Of a DNA stretch of 64,000 bases, positions 55,792-64,000 are shown in pieces (position 1 is the first letter of the stretch; each line of letters opens with the position of its first letter). Origin of the DNA: Planctomycetota bacterium. GTDB lineage: Bacteria > Planctomycetota > MHYJ01 > WSZJ01. The notes under the pieces were generated by a model, which had not been told where the DNA came from, made no database searches, and saw nothing but the letters and a program-made list of their open reading frames with translations. The position numbers and the translations under genes were made by a program. The stretch lies in contig JBBTCT010000024.1 in NCBI GenBank assembly GCA_038060895.1, positions 1 through 64,000 on the forward strand, written 5' to 3'.

Positions 55792-57891
55792 TCAATAGTG
55801 CTGGTACTCCTCACTATCCACGATCGCCTGGATCGCAAGTTTCGGTTTTCCGTCCTTCACCACCGGCGCAAACACCGCCAGTTCCTTCTCGTTCGGCATC
55901 CGCCCCAGCATTCTGGCGTACAGGTCTTTCACCCACTGCCCGGAATCGCCGACCTTTCCGGCCTTCACCTGCTCGCTGTCCACCATCACCTTCGCCAGCA
56001 CGCTCCGGATCGGCGTCGGGTCGGCCAGCGCCTGCAGCGCGTTCCGGAACAGCCGGAACTCGTCATACGTCGCGCGCCGGCCCAGCAGGTCCGTGTACAA
56101 CCCCCGGATGAACTGGTGATCCGACTTCTTGCGGAGCTTCGACGCCCTCGCAATGTACGCGTCGTCCAGCATCCACTCCTTCATCACCTCGTGAAACGCC
56201 TTCGGGTCCGCCACGACGCGCTCCACGTTGTTCGCCAGCACGTTCGGACGGATCGCCGCCCCCGCGATCCGCTTGTGCAGCCGCTCCAGCACCAGCTCAT
56301 GGAAGCGCTTCTGCTTCATCACGATCGAAACGAGGTCGGCCTGGTTCCGGCCGGTCTCGCCGAAAAGCTTCCCTTCGTAGCCGTCGTACATCTGCTTGCC
56401 GACCTTGAGGAGCATCGGCTGGTCCTGCACGACCATGCCCAGCAGTTGCTCGAGGATGACCGTGACGTAGGTGTCGTTTCCGGGATTGCGGTGGTTGAAA
56501 TACTGGCAGATCACGATCTCGTGGATCGCGTCCGGGATCGTCATCGCGCCGGCCGACAGCTTCTTCGGGATCGACACCATCCGGTCCGTCGCCGGCCGGA
56601 AATTGTCCAGCAGCAGGAAGTAGTACACCTCTTCCTCGTACCACGTTTCAAAACACTCGACCGACCGGAGCAGGCGGTCCACCGTTCCTGCGCGCGTCTC
56701 CGCCGCCGCGCGCTGCACGTCGTCTTCCGTCGGCGAACGGCCGAGCAGGTCGAAGTGCACGTCGCGCGTGTAGCGCAGCTCGTCCGCGCTGAGGACCAGC
56801 CGGCCGCGCGGGTCCAGTTTCCCCTCGGCGCGCAGTTCCTCCGGGTCCCGGTCGCGACCTGCATACCGCACCGTCTTCGATTTCGCCGTGACCGCCGTCG
56901 GCTTTGCCGGCGCCTCCGTTCCCGAAGCAAGCAACTCCACGACCAGCTCACGGCCATCGGCGTATCCGTACTTGCGGCACCAGGCTTCCAGCGCCCGAAG
57001 CGCCGTTTCGGTCTTTGCCGCCTCGAGCTTCCGGGCGAAAATCGCGCCCCAGTCCGGCCTCATCGTCTCATCGCCGACCTTCAGCACTTCTTCAATGCCG
57101 TACGACTCGCGCACCGGCTTCCCGCTGACCACGCACTCCACTTCGATCTCGAACTTCGTCCGGCTCACTACTTTGCCGACGCGCGCGGTGCCGTCGCGGA
57201 AGCGGACGCGGACTTCTCCGTCGCGAGGCTCCTCCGGGTCCTGCAGGGCGCGCTTCGGCACCTCGGCCGGCTTGACGGGCTCAGGTTCGGGATCGGCAGG
57301 CGGCGCGACGGGTTCCGGCTTCGCGGGTGCGTTCGCGACGGGGACGGGCGGCCGTTCCTGCTTCGCGCCGCCGTCATACATGATGAAAACGACGAGCAAG
57401 CCCGCGGCGGCGAGGCCGCCCAGTCCGGCCATGGCGAGGAAGAGCGTCTTGCGAGAAGAGAGGTCCGGGATTTCGGTGGTGATCTCGTCGTCGGGAGCGT
57501 GCTCGGCGCGCGGCCCCTTGGGAATCCCGGGCGCGCCGGGCGCGGGGGGAACTTGCGGAACGTGTGCGGGCGAGATGCGCGTCGGCAGGTCATCCGGCGT
57601 CACGGCCTCGCCGGAGAATTCAAACTCCGCCTTCCCGCACCGGAAATGATCGCCCGGACGCAATGGGGCGCGCATCACCGGCCGGCCCTCGACGCGAATG
57701 CCGTTCTTGGACCCCAGATCCATGACGATCCAGACGCCCGCTTCGAATTCGACGGCCGCGTGCTGCCGCGAGAGCGTGGGGTGGTCCACGACGACCTGGC
57801 AATCGGTCCCGCGGCCAATGACGGTCCGGCCGGGGACAAGCGTGTGGTCCCACGAGTGACCGTCGGGCGTCGTGATGCGAAGGCGGGCCAT
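55792..57891 (-). CDS. FHA domain-TM-DUF1549/DUF1553-like protein
   Basis: IGR..LSRQHA..SKNG FHA; TM; FDLLGRSPT, YTDLLGRRAT, YARMLGRMP repeats. Confidence 0.8.
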   Translation of the reverse strand: MARLRITTPDGHSWDHTLVPGRTVIGRGTDCQVVVDHPTLSRQHAAVEFEAGVWIVMDLGSKNGIRVEGRPVMRAPLRPGDHFRCGKAEFEFSGEAVTPDDLPTRISPAHVPQVPPAPGAPGIPKGPRAEHAPDDEITTEIPDLSSRKTLFLAMAGLGGLAAAGLLVVFIMYDGGAKQERPPVPVANAPAKPEPVAPPADPEPEPVKPAEVPKRALQDPEEPRDGEVRVRFRDGTARVGKVVSRTKFEIEVECVVSGKPVRESYGIEEVLKVGDETMRPDWGAIFARKLEAAKTETALRALEAWCRKYGYADGRELVVELLASGTEAPAKPTAVTAKSKTVRYAGRDRDPEELRAEGKLDPRGRLVLSADELRYTRDVHFDLLGRSPTEDDVQRAAAETRAGTVDRLLRSVECFETWYEEEVYYFLLLDNFRPATDRMVSIPKKLSAGAMTIPDAIHEIVICQYFNHRNPGNDTYVTVILEQLLGMVVQDQPMLLKVGKQMYDGYEGKLFGETGRNQADLVSIVMKQKRFHELVLERLHKRIAGAAIRPNVLANNVERVVADPKAFHEVMKEWMLDDAYIARASKLRKKSDHQFIRGLYTDLLGRRATYDEFRLFRNALQALADPTPIRSVLAKVMVDSEQVKAGKVGDSGQWVKDLYARMLGRMPNEKELAVFAPVVKDGKPKLAIQAIVDSEEYQHY

Positions 57892-58003
57892 GCGGCGCAG
57901 CCTATGGTACTCCCCCGGGGGGGATTCTAGAGGGGGAAGGGCCACCGGGAAACAATACAGCGGAAAGAGGCGGGTGGTTTCGCTCGAATCCGAGTCGAAT
58001 GGC

Positions 58004-58240
58004 TCAACTCTTGGGCGGCGGAAAGACCTTGAATATCAGGATCTGCACTCCCAGAAACACGGCAAACACTCCCAGGAAAACGAGCGCCGGGACGAGCAGT
58101 CCCGAGACCATCATCAGGCCCGAGATCGCCGCGATGACGACGCCGCCGATGGCGTAGATCGGGTTAAAGGGCTGTGTCAGTTCGGGCTCGCCTTCCTGGG
58201 GCGACGCTGCGTCTTCTTCCCGTGGTCTGTCCTCGAGCAA
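58004..58240 (-). CDS. Small two-TM membrane protein (78 aa)
   Basis: TTG start after GGAGGT; hydrophobic hairpin. Confidence 0.55.
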   Translation of the reverse strand: MLEDRPREEDAASPQEGEPELTQPFNPIYAIGGVVIAAISGLMMVSGLLVPALVFLGVFAVFLGVQILIFKVFPPPKS

Positions 58241-58265
58241 GGCACCTCCGCAACGCAAAAGGCGG

Positions 58266-58348
58266 GGAGCCGCAGAGGACACAGAGCGCACAGAGAAATG
58301 CGATTTGAAATCGTCGTTCTCTGTGGCCTCTGTGCCCTCTGTGGCTCC
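58266..58348. repeat. Inverted repeat of 9-mer units (cacagagNN x3 / NNctctgtg x3)
   Basis: Left arm 58266-58297, right arm 58317-58348. Confidence 0.9.
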
Positions 58349-58408
58349 GGTCGTTTTCAACCGCCGCCCCATGCTACCCCGCCCTCACACAGTGTTACAA
58401 TCCACCCC

Positions 58409-60805
58409 ATGGCACGCCCCGAACGCCGCCCCGACGACCCCGCCGCGTTCGTCTCCGATCACGTCCTCGCCGATCACGACGCGACGAGCGCGACCCTTTC
58501 CTACGACGAATACCTCCGCGCCCTGTCGGCCGACCCGTATCGCGCGACGCGCACCTCCTACCAGTACATCCGCGACGCCATCACGTCCTTCGGCACCGAC
58601 GTCGTCAAGGACATGGGCCGCAACTTCCCGCGCTTTACCCTCTTCTCCGATCCGTTTTTCGGCGGACAGAAGCGCGTCGTCGGCCAGATCCGCTCGATCG
58701 CGGCCCTCTACAAGCACATCGACGCGTGCGCGAAGCAGGAAGAAGACGAGTCGATCTACATCCTGGTCGGCCCGCCCGGGACCGGGAAAAGCCGGATCTT
58801 CACCCTGGTCGAAAAGGGACTCGAGGAGTACTCGCGCACGCCGGCCGGCGCCGTCCACACGCTCAACTGGCTCTTCTGCGAAAAATTCGAGATGGAAGGC
58901 GAGAGCCGCGGGCTCGGGTTCAGGAAGTTCGAAGACCTTGCGAGCGAGACGGAGTCGTACGCGCATCTGCCGGAGGACGCGATCTTCTCGAAGGTGGAGT
59001 GCCAGGTCCGCGACCACCCGCTCGCGCTGATCCCGCGCAAGATCCGCAAGGAAGCGATTGCGCGCGTGATCGACCAGCGGATTGAATCGCTGAAGCGCGA
59101 CCCGACCGATGCGGCGAAGGACGAGATCAAGCGGCTGCAGCAGATCGTGGTGCCGCAGAAGCTTGTCGAAGCGGAGCTCTGCCGGAACTGCCAGAACATC
59201 CGCGACCGGCTGCTCGAGCTGTACGAGGGCAACTGGGAAAAGATGACGAAGCACGTGCAGGTCATGCGCTGGCACTTCTCGCTCGAGATGGGGCGCGGGA
59301 TGGCCGAGGTTGATCCCGGCGTGAACGTCGAGACGGAGCTCTCCCCCGCTTCCCACGACGAAAACAAGTCCAACCTCTCCGGCCTCCTGCGCGGGATCCG
59401 GCTCTACACGTTCCACGGCAAGCCCGCGAGCGCGAACCGCGGGATGATCAATTACCAGGACATCTTCAACAAGAGCCACCAGCAGCTGCAGCACCTGCTC
59501 AGCGCGGTCGAGGAAAAGACGGTCAGCTTCGGCGACGTCACGCAGAAGGTGGACTACGCGATCTTCGGCTCGACGAACCTCCCCGAGAACAAGCTCCTCG
59601 AGGAGGACCTCCTCACCGAGGGGCTCCGCGACCGGATCGAGCAGATTCCGGTCCCCTACCTCCTGAACTTCCACGACGAAGAGCAGATCTACGAACCCAA
59701 CGTCCGCGAAATCCGGAAGTCCCAGCACGTCGCCCCCCACTCCATCCGCACCGGCGCGCTCTTCGCCGTCCTCTCCCGCCTCCGCAATTCCGGACTCGCC
59801 GAGTACTTCACCGGCGAGCGCCGCCGCATGCAGCAGTTCGAGCACGACAAGGCGAAGTTCGAATCGCGGAAATTCCTGCTCCTGAGGCAGGAAGAAGTCG
59901 TGAAGCGCATGACCCTCCTCCAGAAAGCCAAGCTCTATGCCGGCGACCTCCATTGGGTCAACCACGAGCGCACGGACATCCTCACCGACGCTTTCCTCTT
60001 CGCCATCCGGGAAGAACACCACAGCACCGAAGGCACAACCGGCCGCTCTCCGCGCTGGTTCAAGCGCATCCTCGGCCGCCTCTCGATGGACGAGAACAAC
60101 CGCTGCATCAATCCCTTCCAGGTCTACGCCCAGATCCACCTGACCACCGACGACGAGTCGCAGCCCCTGCTAGACATGGTGCAGGAAGAGTACAACCGCA
60201 ACGTCGTGAAGGAGTCGGAGGAAGCGCTGTTCGAAGTGACGGAGCAGGATCTACTGAAGCGCGTCGAGGGATTCCTCGAGCACGCGCGCGCCTACGTCCG
60301 CAAGGAATCGGTATTCGACGCGTTTCAGAAGAAGAACGTCGATCCCGAGGAGTACCTCGCGCGCGAAGAGGAGTTCCTCGATATAGCGCCGGGGCAGCGA
60401 AGCGACTTCCGCGTCTCGATGGTGCAGAAGTTCGGCAAGGCCGCCGTCGCCGCCGGGACGCGCCCGAATCCGCGAGACGCGGTCCCCGAGCTCTTCGACC
60501 GCTACCGCGACCGCCTCACGCGCTCCGTCCGCGACAAATTCAACTTCCAGGCGTTCCTCCTCGCGCTCGAGCGCTTCGATCCCGTGGAGCAGGACGCGTT
60601 CGCGGAAATCAAGCCGACTCCCGGCTCAAGCAGCGTGGAGAAGGCGACGAGCGAGGTCGCGCGCGTGCTGAACAACATGCGCAAGCGAAGCGCGGCGGCG
60701 ACGGGGAGCGATCGGGGGGGGTACTGCAATGACTGCGCGAAGAAGGTGATCAAGTACGTGCTCACGAATGAGAAAACGAGGGGGCACTTTGTTCCCGGTA
60801 AATAG
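58409..60805 (+). CDS. PrkA/YeaG-family AAA+ serine kinase-like protein
   Basis: Start MARPERR; Walker A GPPGTGKS; DHPL, ANRG, VPYLL, HVAPH, GYC..CA motifs. Confidence 0.88.
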   Translation: MARPERRPDDPAAFVSDHVLADHDATSATLSYDEYLRALSADPYRATRTSYQYIRDAITSFGTDVVKDMGRNFPRFTLFSDPFFGGQKRVVGQIRSIAALYKHIDACAKQEEDESIYILVGPPGTGKSRIFTLVEKGLEEYSRTPAGAVHTLNWLFCEKFEMEGESRGLGFRKFEDLASETESYAHLPEDAIFSKVECQVRDHPLALIPRKIRKEAIARVIDQRIESLKRDPTDAAKDEIKRLQQIVVPQKLVEAELCRNCQNIRDRLLELYEGNWEKMTKHVQVMRWHFSLEMGRGMAEVDPGVNVETELSPASHDENKSNLSGLLRGIRLYTFHGKPASANRGMINYQDIFNKSHQQLQHLLSAVEEKTVSFGDVTQKVDYAIFGSTNLPENKLLEEDLLTEGLRDRIEQIPVPYLLNFHDEEQIYEPNVREIRKSQHVAPHSIRTGALFAVLSRLRNSGLAEYFTGERRRMQQFEHDKAKFESRKFLLLRQEEVVKRMTLLQKAKLYAGDLHWVNHERTDILTDAFLFAIREEHHSTEGTTGRSPRWFKRILGRLSMDENNRCINPFQVYAQIHLTTDDESQPLLDMVQEEYNRNVVKESEEALFEVTEQDLLKRVEGFLEHARAYVRKESVFDAFQKKNVDPEEYLAREEEFLDIAPGQRSDFRVSMVQKFGKAAVAAGTRPNPRDAVPELFDRYRDRLTRSVRDKFNFQAFLLALERFDPVEQDAFAEIKPTPGSSSVEKATSEVARVLNNMRKRSAAATGSDRGGYCNDCAKKVIKYVLTNEKTRGHFVPGK

Positions 60806-60851
60806 ACGACACGAAGAAACCCTGAAGAGTAAAACGGGAACGACGTTCGAT

Positions 60852-62315
60852 TCACTTTGACTTGATGCGAAGCGTTTTCGGTTGGCCGGGTGTAAGAGGG
60901 ATTCCACGAAGTAGATCCATGGAGTCCTGGGTGTTTTCGCCACGCTTGCCACGTTCCGCTGCTTCTCGGGCTATCAAGGATCTCAGATGACTCGGAAGTC
61001 GCACGCGGAAGAGAAAATGATCGGCTTGAGCCGGTTCCCACCCCGGATCCGGGCAGGAGAGGCCGGACCAAGTTGCTCTCCCGTCGCTACCGGTAGTCGA
61101 TCTTAGTTCCAGTTGCGACGGGAAGAAGTCTGAAAACAAAACGAGTTCAACATTCTCGATAGGTGTTTCAGTCACGGAGTCGAGAAGAGTAATTTCAGTC
61201 GACTTCGCCATGTCCAGGGGCGCGAAATCTATTCCGAGGGGTGCGCCTGCGGCGAGCACACCCTGAAAGTAACCGATTCCTGCCTCCGGGTGATAGGCCG
61301 CCACCCAACACTTCTGCCCTAGTGGATCGGTTGTGGCGTTGTTAGTTCCCACAGGCAATTGCAGGGAAGCCACGCCGATTTCGTTCGTCACCGCGCAGGT
61401 CATCGTACAGGTGCCTGGCAAGCTGAATCCATTTTCGAACAATAGAGTGACCAACGCGCTCGAAATCGGCCGGCCGCTGGCGTCATGACATTCCACGGTT
61501 CTTGATAGGAAACTGCTCAACGATATTTGAAGGTGATGCTCGAAATTCTCGGAGCATCGATACAGGTTTGGAGGGCCAACGAGCGTCAGATCCGTGGAAA
61601 CGGAAAAATGTCCGTTCGAAACTCCCATAGGCAAGACTTGAATCCCGAACTCAGGACTCAAGGAATTCAGCTCAAAATTGCCCAAAGGGTCAGTTTCAAG
61701 CACCAAACACCCAGGGAACGACCTCAATTTTGTGGCTATCGCTAGCTCGCGCTCGCTCGTCGGCGTCCAAAGGCGTTTGAACGCAAATTGGAGGCGCTGT
61801 CTTGCGAGTTCTCCCCCCTCTTCATCGACCAGTTTACCTCGGACACGACTTCCAACTGGGTACCTCAACGGAATCTCGGCGACGTCGTCTGGAAGTTCCA
61901 ATGTCTGCCGAAGCCACAAGACTCCCGTATCTTCGCGAATGCACTGGGCGTAGAACGTCAGTTCTTTCTGGTCACGGACTGATCGAGGGATTAGACACAC
62001 TCCGCTGATCGTGGTTCGGAACTCCAGCATTTTCCCCGAGGTCGTCATCACGAACAAATGAGAGACTCCGGGTGACAGCCCATTCGCCATCAGAACGGAG
62101 ACCCGAATCATCTCGGAGGAATTTTGGCCGCCTGAAGAATCCATTACTTCGCTCGCTTCGCGGACTTCAGGAATCTGTGAAGAATTGAAGTCGGTCCCCG
62201 GCGTAGGGCGTGAACGTAGGCGTTCTCTCGTCAACCATGCGACTGACGAGACGAACACAAGGACGCCGATGATCAGCGATGCGATCCGAACTCGATTCGT
62301 GTCTCGGACTACCAC
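60852..62315 (-). CDS. Membrane-anchored hypothetical protein with prealbumin-fold-like repeats (lower GC)
   Basis: N-terminal TM; VRGKLVDEEG, DASGRPISSA, TTGSDGRA. Confidence 0.65.
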   Translation of the reverse strand: MVVRDTNRVRIASLIIGVLVFVSSVAWLTRERLRSRPTPGTDFNSSQIPEVREASEVMDSSGGQNSSEMIRVSVLMANGLSPGVSHLFVMTTSGKMLEFRTTISGVCLIPRSVRDQKELTFYAQCIREDTGVLWLRQTLELPDDVAEIPLRYPVGSRVRGKLVDEEGGELARQRLQFAFKRLWTPTSERELAIATKLRSFPGCLVLETDPLGNFELNSLSPEFGIQVLPMGVSNGHFSVSTDLTLVGPPNLYRCSENFEHHLQISLSSFLSRTVECHDASGRPISSALVTLLFENGFSLPGTCTMTCAVTNEIGVASLQLPVGTNNATTDPLGQKCWVAAYHPEAGIGYFQGVLAAGAPLGIDFAPLDMAKSTEITLLDSVTETPIENVELVLFSDFFPSQLELRSTTGSDGRATWSGLSCPDPGWEPAQADHFLFRVRLPSHLRSLIAREAAERGKRGENTQDSMDLLRGIPLTPGQPKTLRIKSK

Positions 62316-63718
62316 GGCTGGTCCTTTCCGTCAGTGCCGTCGTGAGCAGGTCCGCCGGTCCCGCCCGCTCCACCTTCGCCAGGACTAGACGTTCCGCCTG
62401 GCGCCCAAGAGTCGCCACCATTTCCACCTGAGCCAAAGGCTTCGGTGTCGTCGCCACCATCCCCGCCGGTTGCTGTATTCCCCCCGCCCGTAGCTTTCGC
62501 ACGTCCTCCATGTCCGCCTGAACCGTTTGCCCCGCCGGTTCCTCCAACACCTCCATGAGCCTCACAAGGCCCCCCCTGCGCAGTCGCCTCGGCGTCTCCG
62601 CCAGCCCCGGCGTGCCTGGCGTCCGGTCCATTGCCACCATATGCGTACGCCTCGAAAGCTCCCGTGGCCGTCCCCTTTCCGCCCTTCCCGCCACGAGTCA
62701 CCGACTCTCCACCCGGTCCGCCGCGAGCGGATGCTGAGTCGCCCGTTGCAACCGCTTCACCTCCTGCCCCGCCCTGATTGTTGCAGCTACCACCCTTGCC
62801 TCCTTCAGCTTCGGCGTGTCCGCTCGGTGCTTCTGCTGTGGCTGGACCGCCAACGCCACCCTGCTGTGCCGCGGCGCCGGCATCTCCTCCGTTGCCGCCA
62901 TAGGCCTCAGCAGTGACTTGTCCTTCCACTCCAGCGGCAGTTGCCTTGCTCACTCCACCGAGTCCGCCAACAACCTGGCCTGGACCGCCTGCACCAGCCC
63001 TGGAAAACGCATAAGAGATTCCCTCAGCCTTCGCTTCGCCGCCTCTAGATCCGTTCGGTCCGGCAGCGATTCCACCGCCGTTTCCGGCGATCGCAAAAGC
63101 AACAGGGGCCGATGTATACGCGTCACCCCCCTTTCCGTTCTGAGATCCATCACCGCCAACCGCGTTCGCGTGGTCGGAAGCGCCGATTGCGTTGGCATTT
63201 CCCCCAACGAAGGGTGCTCCAGCTCCTGCGTTGCCGGCTACGGCATTCGCCCGCCCGATGGCAAGGTTTGTAGCGAAGGCAGGCGCCGAAAAACTCGAAG
63301 GTCCTAGCGCATAAACGCCCGCGATCATGATGCCGTTCCCCGCCCGCGCATCTGCCGTTAGCCCACCGAAGCTGGTAGCGATGATGATCGAATCGCCGAG
63401 CTGAACCAGAGTGTTCGCCACGGGTTTCCAGGAAACCGTGATCGCGCGCGGCCCGGGAAGGGTGACAGTTTCGGTGCTCTCGATGGTTGTCGTTCCCTCC
63501 CAAGTCGTCTTGCACCAGTCGGCGAGAGATCGAAGACGCTCCTCCATAGTCTGGGCGCCTGTCCCATCCTCGAGCAGAACAGGGTGATTCTGAGGGTCTA
63601 AGCCTACCTGAAGGCCTGACGCTGTGATGCCGTCGAGGATTGTTGGAGCGACCGCATGAGAGTCCGAGCAAACCGAAAGAAGTGCAACCACGACCGCCAA
63701 CCAAGTTCTGTTAGACAT
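62309..63718 (-). CDS. Secreted Gly/Ala-rich repeat protein (GGxGGxA repeats)
   Basis: Start MSNRTW with GGAG RBS; signal peptide; many A-x-GGxGG units. Confidence 0.75.
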   Translation of the reverse strand: MSNRTWLAVVVALLSVCSDSHAVAPTILDGITASGLQVGLDPQNHPVLLEDGTGAQTMEERLRSLADWCKTTWEGTTTIESTETVTLPGPRAITVSWKPVANTLVQLGDSIIIATSFGGLTADARAGNGIMIAGVYALGPSSFSAPAFATNLAIGRANAVAGNAGAGAPFVGGNANAIGASDHANAVGGDGSQNGKGGDAYTSAPVAFAIAGNGGGIAAGPNGSRGGEAKAEGISYAFSRAGAGGPGQVVGGLGGVSKATAAGVEGQVTAEAYGGNGGDAGAAAQQGGVGGPATAEAPSGHAEAEGGKGGSCNNQGGAGGEAVATGDSASARGGPGGESVTRGGKGGKGTATGAFEAYAYGGNGPDARHAGAGGDAEATAQGGPCEAHGGVGGTGGANGSGGHGGRAKATGGGNTATGGDGGDDTEAFGSGGNGGDSWAPGGTSSPGEGGAGGTGGPAHDGTDGKDQPW

Positions 63719-63799
63719 GTCGATTCTCCAATAGGGACCTTTGGCCAGGTCATCCTTCCGAATCCAGCACACGCCTTCGATGAGAGGCGCCTCCCACTT

Positions 63800-64000
63800 C
63801 TATTTACGACGTCTGTCGCGAGCGGTTTCAGAAATCAGAGAAATGAATTCTCGTAACTCGGCCTTGAAGTCTGCCTCCGCGGCGACGGTGGCCCGGATTC
63901 GCGCTTCGATTAGAGCGCGAAGCTGCGCACGAAGTCGGTGGTTCGAGGTCTTCGCAGCGGCAGGAATCAACCTGGTCGCGGCTAGGATCTCAGCGTAATT
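63800..64000 (-). CDS. 3' end of an ECF sigma factor (partial, runs off the window)
   Basis: Translates to NYAEILAATRLIPAAAKTSNHRLRAQLRALIEARIRATVAAEADFKAELREFI..; region-4-like plus C-terminal extension of the kinase-associated type. Confidence 0.65.
   Translation of the reverse strand, partial: NYAEILAATRLIPAAAKTSNHRLRAQLRALIEARIRATVAAEADFKAELREFISLISETARDRRRK

Noticed and set aside
57872-58408. 179-aa N-terminal extension of PrkA in the ORF track
   Set aside because: Runs through an opposite-strand gene and the 9-mer hairpin; the -10 box supports ATG 58409
62309-63718. Mycobacterial PE-PGRS or collagen assignment
   Set aside because: No PE domain, has a Sec-type signal peptide, and lacks strict Gly-X-Y periodicity
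1-64000. tRNA, rRNA, riboswitch, integrase or transposase
   Set aside because: None recognised by eye; tRNAscan-SE, Infernal and ISEScan would be needed to exclude them formally

Overview
High-GC (roughly two-thirds by eye) bacterial chromosome segment. Gene content (ECF sigma/Ser-Thr kinase pair, DUF1549-like, HEAT, VIT-VWA, FHA-GGDEF) suggests a Planctomycetota-like organism, which is an inference. I found no rRNA, tRNA, CRISPR array, integrase or transposase. Main features: (1) a ~17.5-kb general-stress-type island (7.2-24.8 kb) encoding a hybrid PAS kinase, a kinase-like protein with a degenerate ATPase half and an NtrC-type activator, with nine sigma-54 -24/-12 promoters and a recurring upstream GTA-N5-TAC-like motif; (2) a Rieske-cytochrome b operon with a membrane-anchored octaheme HAO-like protein in place of cytochrome c1; (3) a co-oriented cluster of an FHA-DUF1549-like protein, a Tat alkaline-phosphatase-fold protein, a decaheme-LVIVD cytochrome and an EF-hand protein; (4) intergenic hairpins built from short tandem units of different periods; (5) -10 boxes 5-8 nt upstream of many start codons outside the island, consistent with leaderless mRNAs; (6) housekeeping genes (two-domain thyX, ltaE, uppP, deoxyhypusine synthase family, PrkA); and (7) a lower-GC cassette at the right end. 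All family assignments are from motif recognition by eye; no searches were run.
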